From Oceanispirochaeta sp. (GTDB lineage Bacteria > Spirochaetota > Spirochaetia > DSM-2461): a DNA stretch of 64,000 nucleotides. The notes beneath the pieces were generated by a model. That model saw only the letters and a list, made by a program, of their open reading frames with translations. It made no database searches and was not told the origin of the DNA. The position numbers were made by a program, and so were the translations under genes. Location of the stretch: NCBI GenBank assembly GCA_963666275.2, contig CAXXOA010000001.1, positions 1,952,001-2,016,000 on the forward strand, given 5' to 3'. Numbering within the stretch: position 1 is the first letter of the stretch; every line of letters begins with the position of its first letter. Below are positions 50,606 to 59,847 of this stretch, in pieces.

Positions 50606-51489
50606 TAGCGCACCTCGTAAAGGAACTGTATTTTTCCCAGACCGATAACGTCCTCATATTTAAGAGGACTTTCAGAAACTTCAGAATCATTGATACGGAT
50701 TTTCATGGAATCCGAATTTCTTCTGATGCTGACGACTTTCCTTTTTCTGCTTATGACGGCCACACTTTCCGGCAGGGTGTCGTCCCCGTTAATAATGATG
50801 TCGTTGCTTTTTCCCGCCCCTACAGTGATATTTCTCTGATTGAGCAGGTATTTCCTTCCCTTCTGGGGACCATTCAGAACCCTGAATGATCCATAGGAAC
50901 GTTTCTCTTCTATGATCAGATTAAGAAGTGCGGTTCCCAGACCTATGATCAGAAAACCGGGCAGCTTCAGCCAGGAATCAGAGGGAAAAAAAACCATCCC
51001 CGTTTCCACAATTGAGCCTCCGATGAGACCCGCCAGGATACCGCTCAGAAGCCCCGCCATGACCTTACTCCCCGAACGGGCCCGCATGCCTTCTGCGGTA
51101 CCGATAAAAGCGCCCAGGATACCCCAGCTGATGATTCTGGCGATATAGTAGGGCACCTGATATACGTCCATAAAAAGTCCCTCGGGCAGGATCATGGTAA
51201 ATACCATCTGTCCGGCAAATGCGCCGAGGATCCCTCCCACAGCTCCCCATAGAAGCCCCCAGAGCCACTCTCTGCGCATTTTAATGATATTCTTATGCAG
51301 GATCCCTTCCATGGAAGCGAGAACAGCACTGAGTGCAGCTCCTGTCACAGCGCCGCTTAAGAGCAGAACCATTCTGTAACCGCTCAGATAGGTCTGAAGC
51401 GACAGAACCAGCTCCAGGAGAGACCACCCGAGGATTCCTGCAGAAAAACCTAAAGCCATGCCGACAACATACTTTCCTCTTGTTTTCAT
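50605..51489 (-). CDS. Polytopic Gly-rich membrane protein with C-terminal FHA-like domain
   Basis: About 6 Gly-rich TMs, then VLNGPQKGRKYLL...TVG...NDIII...IRIND...LKYEDVIGLG. Confidence 0.8.
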   Translation of the reverse strand: MKTRGKYVVGMALGFSAGILGWSLLELVLSLQTYLSGYRMVLLLSGAVTGAALSAVLASMEGILHKNIIKMRREWLWGLLWGAVGGILGAFAGQMVFTMILPEGLFMDVYQVPYYIARIISWGILGAFIGTAEGMRARSGSKVMAGLLSGILAGLIGGSIVETGMVFFPSDSWLKLPGFLIIGLGTALLNLIIEEKRSYGSFRVLNGPQKGRKYLLNQRNITVGAGKSNDIIINGDDTLPESVAVISRKRKVVSIRRNSDSMKIRINDSEVSESPLKYEDVIGLGKIQFLYEVR

Positions 51490-53372
51490 TCTGAGCGCTC
51501 CTCACTGATTTCCAGTGTTTTTTCTTTCTCATTTGTCAGTAGTTTGAGTACCGTTGTTTTTTCTTTTTCAATATCCACACGGAGCTCCACAGTTGTATTT
51601 TTGTAAGTGAAAGAGAAGACATATTCTCCCGGTTCCAGGGGGATTTTCTGATCAAAAGCTCCGTCTTCCGTCAGATCTACGATCTCTCCGGGAAAACCCG
51701 CAGAAAGCAGCCGCTCATCGCCATCAATTCTTATTTCAATACTGTCGTTCCAGCCGTCTACTTTCACATATCCCTCTACTGGCACCATCTGGGCATCCAG
51801 CTGCAGAATAGACTGGTAGGGCTGAATCCTCAGATGATAGTCATTGGAGTAGTAACCTTCCGCCGTAACCCGTATTTTATAGACATTGTCGCTCATCAAA
51901 GGAGAAGCAAGCTGATCAATCGGCACAAAGGCGTTTTTCTCCATAATCTCAACGACTGCTATATCACTCAGATCCTTTCCCGTTTTCCTGTCTCTCGGTT
52001 TGATATCGATCTTGAGGGGCAGCGGATGATAGGATGTCCAGGAGAGATTGATCTGCCTTAACGAGCCGAAATCCCGGAGGGACCGGGTCATTTTCATGGG
52101 TTTTAGGTAAATATTTTTCCATATGACCTGACTGTCTATGACTGTCTTCAAACGATAGGCTCCCGGCGGCAGATACACGGGAGAAGAGAGAAAGGTCACC
52201 ATATCATCAGTTTCCTCGGAGAGTTTATATCTTACTGCCTTATTGATATCCGGTATGGCGGCATTGTCATCGATAAACAGGGTACTCGCCACGAAAAGGT
52301 CCTCTCCTCTCTTGGCAGGCTTCGGGATCTGCAGCTGAACCTGAAAGCCCCCGTAGCGGCTGCTGAGAAGATAGCGGTAGTGCATCCCCTTTGCATAAGC
52401 AAAGGCTCCTCCTCCGATCAGAAGAATCAGCAGAATCACGGCCACAAAGATGCCCGTTTTTTTGGTCTGTTTTCTGTATGTCCCCAATCTGGTAACGCCC
52501 CCCTCATCACTGAGCAGAGAGACCAGATCTGTTTTTATATCCTCCAGAGGAGCGCTGTTATACCAGCGCTTCATTTTTTTGAGGATGTCCTCGATGCTGG
52601 CTGTCCTTTTTTTAAGAGATGCCTTCATGCATCCTCTGATAATTGAGGCGACAAATCCGGGCAGTTCCGGCTGAAGTTTTTTGGGAGATGTATAGCGGCC
52701 CTTCTGTATTTTCAGTACAGTTTCGGGGTTCATCTTACCGGGAAAAGGTTTTTTTCCTGTCACCATTTCATAGAGCATAACCCCCAGTGAGTAGATATCA
52801 GCCTGACAAGTGACATTACGGGAATCCTCAAACTGCTCGGGAGCCATATAGGAGGGTGTACCCAGGGTCATACCATCCCGGGTCAGTGTATCTTCTTCAG
52901 AATCCGACTGGGCGATTCCGAAGTCCACAAGCTTTATCTCTCCCGTTCTGGAAACCATAATATTGGCGGGTTTAATATCTCTATGTATAACCTGCCGGCT
53001 GTGGGCGTATTGCAGAGCCAGAGCCGCATGATAGAAGATGTAGAGAGCGGCGTTTATATCCAGGTACCGCTCCTTTTTCAGAAGGATATCCACAGAACAG
53101 CCGTCGACAAACTCCTGAACAATATAAAAAGAGGAAGCCTGTTTGAAATGATCATACACCCTGACAATATTTTCATGGCTGAAATCAATCATGATTTTCG
53201 CCTCACGCCGGAAACGTTCAGCCACCTGTTCATTGTTTCTCAATGTCAGTTTTTTCAGCACAACCGGTTGTTCCAGAGTAGGATGAATGCCTTTGAATAC
53301 GGCCCCCATCCCCCCTTCGGCAATCTTATCTTCAATCGTGTATTTTCCGATTTTTGCCGGTACTTTTGCCAT
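51486..53372 (-). CDS. Membrane Hanks-type Ser/Thr protein kinase with a large extracytoplasmic beta-rich (PEGA-like) region
   Basis: AEGGMGAVF, VLKK, HRDIKPAN, DFG, GTPSYMAPE, DIYSLG; one TM; VTAEGY and LEPGEY beta repeats. Confidence 0.93.
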   Translation of the reverse strand: MAKVPAKIGKYTIEDKIAEGGMGAVFKGIHPTLEQPVVLKKLTLRNNEQVAERFRREAKIMIDFSHENIVRVYDHFKQASSFYIVQEFVDGCSVDILLKKERYLDINAALYIFYHAALALQYAHSRQVIHRDIKPANIMVSRTGEIKLVDFGIAQSDSEEDTLTRDGMTLGTPSYMAPEQFEDSRNVTCQADIYSLGVMLYEMVTGKKPFPGKMNPETVLKIQKGRYTSPKKLQPELPGFVASIIRGCMKASLKKRTASIEDILKKMKRWYNSAPLEDIKTDLVSLLSDEGGVTRLGTYRKQTKKTGIFVAVILLILLIGGGAFAYAKGMHYRYLLSSRYGGFQVQLQIPKPAKRGEDLFVASTLFIDDNAAIPDINKAVRYKLSEETDDMVTFLSSPVYLPPGAYRLKTVIDSQVIWKNIYLKPMKMTRSLRDFGSLRQINLSWTSYHPLPLKIDIKPRDRKTGKDLSDIAVVEIMEKNAFVPIDQLASPLMSDNVYKIRVTAEGYYSNDYHLRIQPYQSILQLDAQMVPVEGYVKVDGWNDSIEIRIDGDERLLSAGFPGEIVDLTEDGAFDQKIPLEPGEYVFSFTYKNTTVELRVDIEKEKTTVLKLLTNEKEKTLEISEERSE

Positions 53373-53375
53373 TCT

Positions 53376-54395
53376 CTATAACTCCTGCTCTACATCAAAA
53401 ATATATTCTTCCGGATCCGGTTCCTGGAAAGGATCAGAATAGAAAATCTGCATCCTGTCCGGATTATGAATCTGAATGTAAAGATCATCGGCCCGCAATT
53501 TATATTTGCCTGTAATTGTCCGATGTCCGCCCAGATATTTCTGCAGGGGTCTGCCGTATTCTTCTCTGTAGTTCAAAAGAAATTTCTCAACAGTACCGGG
53601 CAGTGATTTATCATTCTGAGTCCAGGTCAGTCCGTCCTTCATATCGTCATCATCATGAATATTTACAACCTCCAGGGGAGTGTAATAGTCCAGAGGCTCC
53701 GCATGGGATGCCATAAAATTCCGGCCCACGGCCATATAGGGAAGGAGATATTCAAACTCGGCATAATCGTTAAGGAATTCCTCTCCCAGGAATTTAAGAA
53801 CCCAGCGTTTCACCATTTCCCCTTCATAGACAAATTTTCCGAATGAATGGTTACCTCTCCCCTCTTCATTCCGGATATTCTCGTGGTTTCCTTTGAGAAA
53901 GTGGAACTGGTTGGGGAATCTCTGTTTCAGAAGCATGACCATTTCCATCAGACCCAGGCTTTCGCACATTTCCTGATCCATATTTTTATGCCGTCGGAAT
54001 CCCGTCTGAAACTCTTCATAACTATTAATCCAGCGGAAATATCCCCGCTTTTCGGAATGGAAACCGTCTCCCAGACAAAGGAGCTGGATGGTGTGACTGT
54101 TCAGCCCTTCCAGCACTGTCATCCCTTGAGGACTTTTCCATGTCAGGACTTTATACAGGAACTCCCTTCTGGCATGCAGATCGGGAACTACAACCACTGG
54201 GATCTCCGGATTGAGAAGGAGCAATCCTCCGGGGAGGCCGTTTTCATCGGGAATCCGGATCAGGGGATTTTCATTTACAAGAATATGAACGACCCCGTCC
54301 AGATGGGTCCTGAGTTTTTTCAGAGAATCAACTTTTTTACTGAGCTGCAACTGTTTCAGCTCTTCTTTGAATTTTTCCAGATCTGACATATTCAT
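53376..54395 (-). CDS. Calcineurin-like metallophosphoesterase (putative PPP-type protein phosphatase)
   Basis: PDLH, LGD, KGNHE, SHA and GGHR metal motifs. Confidence 0.82.
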   Translation of the reverse strand: MNMSDLEKFKEELKQLQLSKKVDSLKKLRTHLDGVVHILVNENPLIRIPDENGLPGGLLLLNPEIPVVVVPDLHARREFLYKVLTWKSPQGMTVLEGLNSHTIQLLCLGDGFHSEKRGYFRWINSYEEFQTGFRRHKNMDQEMCESLGLMEMVMLLKQRFPNQFHFLKGNHENIRNEEGRGNHSFGKFVYEGEMVKRWVLKFLGEEFLNDYAEFEYLLPYMAVGRNFMASHAEPLDYYTPLEVVNIHDDDDMKDGLTWTQNDKSLPGTVEKFLLNYREEYGRPLQKYLGGHRTITGKYKLRADDLYIQIHNPDRMQIFYSDPFQEPDPEEYIFDVEQEL

Positions 54396-54922
54396 TCCGG
54401 TATCATTGTGTTGTTTATGGTAACAAATTCTCGGGTTATGGCATCGGCAGCTTTCTCAATCTGCCGAGTCTGGTCAAAAGCCTGCATTTCCTGAGGCATC
54501 ACAGCAATTTTATAGGCAGGAGAGGATTTTTTTAAAGCTCCTCCCGTGAACTCTACATTTTTATCAAGGTTCACTGCTTTTTTCAGTTTCATTTTGTTCT
54601 CTTTAAGAGTTTCCGGAACGTCTTTACGTATTCCGATGCTGGCATAAATGACCTGTCTTGCACCGCCGGATTCCGCCGGACCCACACCCAGAATAGAACC
54701 GGAATAGGTCAGAACCAGAAACGCTCTGGATTCATCGGAGGGAAGATGATGCTCTATCATCATTCCGTAGGAATTGACCTGATCTGTAAAGATTTTTTCT
54801 TTTCTGTTCCAGGAATCCGCCAGAAGATCCTGAAGAGCCGGAGAGGATGTTAATTCTGAAATACCTGAAAGGGATTGCAAGTGAGATTGAACATCTTTTG
54901 GCAGTTTTTTAAATGACCCCAT
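54392..54922 (-). CDS. Hypothetical soluble protein, first gene of the kinase operon
   Basis: AAGGAG SD; ATGA overlap with the phosphoesterase. Confidence 0.75.
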   Translation of the reverse strand: MGSFKKLPKDVQSHLQSLSGISELTSSPALQDLLADSWNRKEKIFTDQVNSYGMMIEHHLPSDESRAFLVLTYSGSILGVGPAESGGARQVIYASIGIRKDVPETLKENKMKLKKAVNLDKNVEFTGGALKKSSPAYKIAVMPQEMQAFDQTRQIEKAADAITREFVTINNTMIPE

Positions 54923-54970
54923 GGAAGTACTCCTTTCTGAAATTCTGCAAAACTGTTATGCTAAACTATA

Positions 54971-55630
54971 ATGAAATATTTGCCGAATGTCAGAGGCTTT
55001 CTGATTCTTATGATACTAATTGTACCAAACGGCATACTTCCGGCAGGTGACAATTTGAAACTAGCATGCATGGGTGACAGTATAACCTACGGGTTTGGAT
55101 TAATAAACAGCGACAATAGTTATCCGGGACTCCTTGGAAAAACCCTTTCCTCCCATTGGGAAATCAGGAATTTCGGTGTTAACGGTGCCTGTGCCCGTTC
55201 AGGACAGGCCGATTCCTATGATAAAACCGGTATGGTGGAAAAAATTAATAAGTGGGATCCTGAAATACTTCTTTTCATGCTGGGCAGCAACGATTCGAAG
55301 GCGGAAAACTGGGTTGACCGCAATACCTACCTGTCAGCCTGCCGGGATCTGCTTGCCAGTATAAAAGAGCGGGAAAGGACTGTGTTTATAATGCTGCCTC
55401 CCCCGGCGGGGATCAATTTTTTCGGGATCAGAAATGAGATCATCCAGAAGGAGATCTATCCGGCTCTCAGAGAGCTTGCCGCAGAAAAGGGATATCCTGT
55501 TATTGAGTTTACCGAAAAAATGAAAGGCAGCCCCTATCTGTTTCTGGATAATGTTCACCCTAATAAATACGGGTATACCCTCATGTCAGGAGCCATCAGC
55601 AAAGAACTGAAAACTTACGGATTGGAATAG
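54971..55630 (+). CDS. Exported GDSL/SGNH esterase
   Basis: GDSITYG, GVNG, GSND and DNVHP blocks; signal peptide. Confidence 0.9.
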   Translation: MKYLPNVRGFLILMILIVPNGILPAGDNLKLACMGDSITYGFGLINSDNSYPGLLGKTLSSHWEIRNFGVNGACARSGQADSYDKTGMVEKINKWDPEILLFMLGSNDSKAENWVDRNTYLSACRDLLASIKERERTVFIMLPPPAGINFFGIRNEIIQKEIYPALRELAAEKGYPVIEFTEKMKGSPYLFLDNVHPNKYGYTLMSGAISKELKTYGLE

Positions 55631-57147
55631 GTAAAGGTTTTATTCAGATTGTCCTTTCTGTACTGAATGTAGTCGATTTCGTCCAGAGACCTGGAAAAAT
55701 AGTACCCCTGAAAAGAGCGGCATCCCAGATCGATCAGAGTTTTAAGCTGGGTCTGAGTTTCCACACCCTCCACGATCAGATCCAGTTTCAACTCTTCGAT
55801 AAAAAAGAGGATTCCCTTGAGGATGGAGTAATCCAGCTTGCTCTGATCTACTTTTCTGATAAAGGATTTATCGATCTTTACAGTGTCCACAGGTAGATCT
55901 TTCAGATAGTTCAAGGAAGAGTAACCTGTTCCGAAGTCATCCAGAGAGATACTGAATCCGGCATCTTTCAACTGATTGAGTTTTGATATGGCATTAACCG
56001 GATTATCAATAAGGCTGTTCTCCGTCAATTCCAGTTTCAACCGGGAAGGAGGAATCTCATAGGTGTCGGTCAGCCTTATAAAGGTTTCCACCAGTTCGGG
56101 ATTGTAAAACTGCCTGGGAGAGACATTCACAGAGAGGGTTCCGTCGATACCCTGATCATGCCAGGATTTGAGCTGTCTGGCTGCTGAAAAAATGACCCAG
56201 TTCCCCAGAGGAATAATAAGCCCTGTCTCCTCCGCAAGAGGAATAAAATCATCTGGAGTGATATTCCCTTTGACAGGATGATTCCACCGGATAAGAGCCT
56301 CTGTTCTGATATCCTCGATTCTGTAGCTGTTCGCTTCGGTTTCCAGAGTCACAATAGGCTGATAGGTTAAAAAGAACTGTTTGTCGATCTCTTTTATTGC
56401 CTGCTTTTCAAGAGCCTTTATAATACTGTTCTGGAGTTCCATTTTCTCAATCACAAGATCACTGATCTCATCTGTAAAAATGGTATAGCTTATTTTTTTC
56501 TTGAAGGCGTAACTGAGAGCGATGTCGGAGTTATGAAGCAGGGTGTTCCGGTCAAGGCCATGCTTGGGAAACATGGCCACGCCGCAGCTTGAATCAATGG
56601 AAATATTATACCCTGAAAAGATATGGGGTCTTTTTATCTGTTCATTCAGAAGCTGCAGGAACATCTGCAGCCTGTTTTCATCTTTCACATTCTGATAGAC
56701 AATCAGAAATTCGTCTTCCCTGGTATGGTAGACAATATTTTCAAGGCCGCATAAATCGGTCAGCCTTACCCCTATCTGATAGAGAACCCATTCGCTGATT
56801 GTCGGTTTCAGAGCTTTGTTGATAGCCTCAAAATTTTCATTGAGTTTTATAAGAATAAAGGCTATGGGAGAATGATCTGATACTTCAAGCCTCTGATCGA
56901 GAAGCTTATTGATCTCCTCGTTGGCTTTCACATGATTGGGTAACCCTGTTTTATGATTTATAACAACACGGCGATGGAGATCAGAATTCTCTTTTTTTAT
57001 GTTTTTCAGCTCCAGGGCAAGTTCTCCGACCTGGTCAACAAGCTCCGAACGTTCATCTTCCAGTGTCTGTACCAGATCAATAAGTTCTTCAGATGAAAGC
57101 TGCTGCAGTTTTTTTTGGTTTATTTTAAAATCTGAATTATTATCCAT
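55615..57147 (-). CDS. Coiled coil, degenerate GGDEF and EAL c-di-GMP phosphodiesterase
   Basis: TGLPN...TREDEF (degenerate GGDEF); EALIRW, VNVS, ELTE, DDFGTGYSSL, KIDKSF, EGVE and QGY intact. Confidence 0.9.
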   Translation of the reverse strand: MDNNSDFKINQKKLQQLSSEELIDLVQTLEDERSELVDQVGELALELKNIKKENSDLHRRVVINHKTGLPNHVKANEEINKLLDQRLEVSDHSPIAFILIKLNENFEAINKALKPTISEWVLYQIGVRLTDLCGLENIVYHTREDEFLIVYQNVKDENRLQMFLQLLNEQIKRPHIFSGYNISIDSSCGVAMFPKHGLDRNTLLHNSDIALSYAFKKKISYTIFTDEISDLVIEKMELQNSIIKALEKQAIKEIDKQFFLTYQPIVTLETEANSYRIEDIRTEALIRWNHPVKGNITPDDFIPLAEETGLIIPLGNWVIFSAARQLKSWHDQGIDGTLSVNVSPRQFYNPELVETFIRLTDTYEIPPSRLKLELTENSLIDNPVNAISKLNQLKDAGFSISLDDFGTGYSSLNYLKDLPVDTVKIDKSFIRKVDQSKLDYSILKGILFFIEELKLDLIVEGVETQTQLKTLIDLGCRSFQGYYFSRSLDEIDYIQYRKDNLNKTFTYSNP

Positions 57148-57324
57148 ATATTTTTCTTATCGGGTATGATTCCAGATGCATTCTACATTGATAACCCAAC
57201 TATAGCAAACATTTTTCCTTTATCTCAGGAAAAAAGAGAAAACCCGGGGACCTTTTTATTTTTCTTATAATAAATGGCAAAAAATCACAATTTAATTCTG
57301 TCCTGTTATGATATAACTGTCTCT

Positions 57325-58272
57325 ATGAATCTCCTTTTACTTCTGGGGGCAATAGGATGGGACACATTTCCCGGAGAACCCCCTTCCGCTTTTCATCCTA
57401 CGGTATGGATGGGAAAATACATCCACTTTTTCTGGAAACTGAATAAAAAACGAACTCCCGCCTATGATTTTTTCTGGGGTTTGCTGCTGCTGATTCTGGG
57501 GTTGGTGATTTTTACAGGCCCTCTTTTTCTGCTGTTTTTACTTCTTCCGACACAGCCTTTGCTATTAAGGCTAATAGTGGTGATCCCTCTTCTGAAGGTT
57601 TCCTTTTCCATCCGCTATCTGTTTAAAGCAGCCCGGGAAGTCCTGTCTGCTCTGGAAAATCAGGATATGGCGGAAGCCCGGCGGCTCACAGCCTGGCATC
57701 TTGTCAGCAGAGATACTTCGGAGCTCTCGAAAGAGCAGATCGTGTCTGCTGTGATTGAATCGGTAGCTGAAAACATCACTGACAGCTTTATATCTCCTGT
57801 ATTCTACTTTTTTCTGCTGGGAGTTCCCGGAGCCTGGGGATTCAGGTTCATCAACACTTCGGATGCGATGATAGCCTACAGAAATGCGGAGTTTGAATGG
57901 GGAGGAAAGCCAACGGCCTGGGCGGATTCTTTTTTAAATCTTATCCCGGCACGACTAACCGGTCTGGGCATTACTCTGGCCGCTGCGATATTACAGGGTT
58001 TTTCAGGGAAACACAGCTATGAAACAATGAAAAAACACCATAGCGAGACAGCCAGTCCCAATGCGGGATGGACAATGAGCGCTATGGCGGGAGCCCTGGG
58101 TATCACCCTGGAAAAAATCGGTGATTACCGTTTGAACGGCGGTTCAGGCGCACTTGATGAACAGGCTATCAGAAGATGTCTGAAACTCACCTTTCTTTCA
58201 CTCCTTATTTCACTTCTCTTTCTTCTGTTTTTTTATGAGGGCATTCTATGGATTGTGAACATGGCGGTTTAA
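57325..58272 (+). CDS. cbiB: Adenosylcobinamide-phosphate synthase CbiB (CobD/CbiB family); start probably ATG 57325
   Basis: HPTVWMG, LVSRDT, ESVAENITD, NTSDAMIAY, SPNAGW. Confidence 0.92.
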   Translation: MNLLLLLGAIGWDTFPGEPPSAFHPTVWMGKYIHFFWKLNKKRTPAYDFFWGLLLLILGLVIFTGPLFLLFLLLPTQPLLLRLIVVIPLLKVSFSIRYLFKAAREVLSALENQDMAEARRLTAWHLVSRDTSELSKEQIVSAVIESVAENITDSFISPVFYFFLLGVPGAWGFRFINTSDAMIAYRNAEFEWGGKPTAWADSFLNLIPARLTGLGITLAAAILQGFSGKHSYETMKKHHSETASPNAGWTMSAMAGALGITLEKIGDYRLNGGSGALDEQAIRRCLKLTFLSLLISLLFLLFFYEGILWIVNMAV

Positions 58273-59305
58273 ACTACCGGGATCTTATATCCCGGGGAAT
58301 CTCTCCCTCCGGGGTTCTGGATTTCAGTGTCAGTGTCTTCCCCGATCCCCTGCCCCCTGGTTTTCTGGAGGATTTTGATCCGGAGACTCTGACAAGATAC
58401 CCTGACACACACTGTTTCGAACTGCGTCAGTCTATTCTGAAGGAGTCTGACTATTCTTCCCTGGACTCTCTTCTTGTGACCAACGGAACCTCCCAGGCCA
58501 TTTTCCTCATTGTGTCGGCCCTTCTCGAAAGGGAGGAACCTGTTGGCATAATTACACCCACATACGGTCAGTATGAACAAGCCTGCGGTCTTAAAACCCG
58601 GAATATTTTTTCTGCTGCCATGGAGTTCGTTCCGGGAGAAATCAGATTTCCCATGGAAGAAACACTCACTCTGCTTGAATCGAAGGCGCCCCGGCTTTTA
58701 TGGCTCTGTTCTCCCAATAATCCCACAGGGAATATGCTGACTCCGGAGCAATTCGGGCTGGTTTACTCAAAGTGTCTGCAAACCGGAACTATTTTGATCC
58801 TGGATGAAGCCTACCGCTGTTTTGCCCGGGAAAAATCAAGATTGAAAGCGTCCGGTGAAAACCTTCTTATCCTCAGATCAATGACGAAAGATTACGGGAT
58901 CCCCGGTCTTCGTCTTGGCTACATTCAGGGGCAGGAGACTCTTATTTCCCGATTGAAAAACTGGCAGCCTGAATGGAGTGTAAATGCTCCTGCCCAGGAA
59001 GCCGGCTTGAAATGCTTCCGTTTTCAGGAATTTTTCAGGGAAAAGTGGACCCGAATAGCCTAAGAACAGAAAAACTGAGGGAGCAGATTGCATCCCTGGG
59101 ATTTGAAACCTATCCGACAAATACCAATTTCTTCCTATTTAAAGTATCCAATCCGGAAGCATTGAAGGCTCATCTCTGGAAGGAACAGATCCTTGTGAGG
59201 GATTGCGGGTCTTTCGGTTTGAATGGTTTTATCCGCATTGGATGCCACACCCCCAAAAATAACACCAGGCTGCTTGAAAGCCTGAAGGAGTACCGGGAAA
59301 GATGA
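58248..59305 (+). pseudogene. cobD: L-threonine-O-3-phosphate decarboxylase (Salmonella-type CobD), split by a 1-nt frameshift near 59060; real lesion or sequencing error
   Basis: EHGG, DFSVSV, YPD, CSPNNPTG, DEAY and LRSMTKDYGIPGLRLGY in 58248-59063; TNFFL, LVRDCGSFGL and FIRIG continue in the -1 frame to 59305. Confidence 0.82.
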
Positions 59306-59847
59306 CTCTTGTTTTAGGAGGGGCTAAATCCGGAAAAACCGGTTTTGCCGAAAAAACTGCCAGAGAACTGTCAGAAGAGAAAAATGCACAGGTATATTAC
59401 CTTGCCACAGCACGTGCCTGGGATGACGAGGTCTGTCTGAGGATACAGAGACACCGGGACTCCCGTCCTGATCACTGGGTAACTCTGGAGTATCCTGTGG
59501 AGATTCAGAATATTTTTTCTGATAATATTGTAAAACCCGGCAGTGTCGTCCTGTTCGACTGCCTTACCATGTGGATAACCAATCTTCTCATGGAACTGGG
59601 AGAAACCTTCACCAAAGAGGAAGTCGAAGAAAAGGTGACAGGCAAACTGGAGGAGTTCCTGATCCGGGCCCGGGATTTTTCGGGTGAGATAATTATTATT
59701 TCCAACCTTGTAGAACTGGGTCTTGTTTCACCGAATTTTCTGGGCAGGACTTTTCAGGATATAGCCGGCATCTGTCATCAGAAACTGGCAGCCCTTTCCG
59801 ACCGGGTCTATCAGGTAACTGCGGGCATACCGGTCAAGATCAAATGA
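59302..59847 (+). CDS. cobU: Bifunctional adenosylcobinamide kinase / cobinamide-phosphate guanylyltransferase
   Basis: GGAKSGKT, YLATA, RIQRHRDSRP, DCLTMWITN, AGIP. Confidence 0.94.
   Translation: MTLVLGGAKSGKTGFAEKTARELSEEKNAQVYYLATARAWDDEVCLRIQRHRDSRPDHWVTLEYPVEIQNIFSDNIVKPGSVVLFDCLTMWITNLLMELGETFTKEEVEEKVTGKLEEFLIRARDFSGEIIIISNLVELGLVSPNFLGRTFQDIAGICHQKLAALSDRVYQVTAGIPVKIK

Noticed and set aside
57148..57190. CCGATAA sigma28-like -10 before the EAL gene (and ACCGATTT before the MCP-like gene)
   Set aside because: No TAAA -35 at the right spacing; insufficient support
58973..59305. 110-aa ORF as an independent gene
   Set aside because: It is the frameshifted C-terminus of cobD; its first ~29 codons are out-of-frame sequence with no SD
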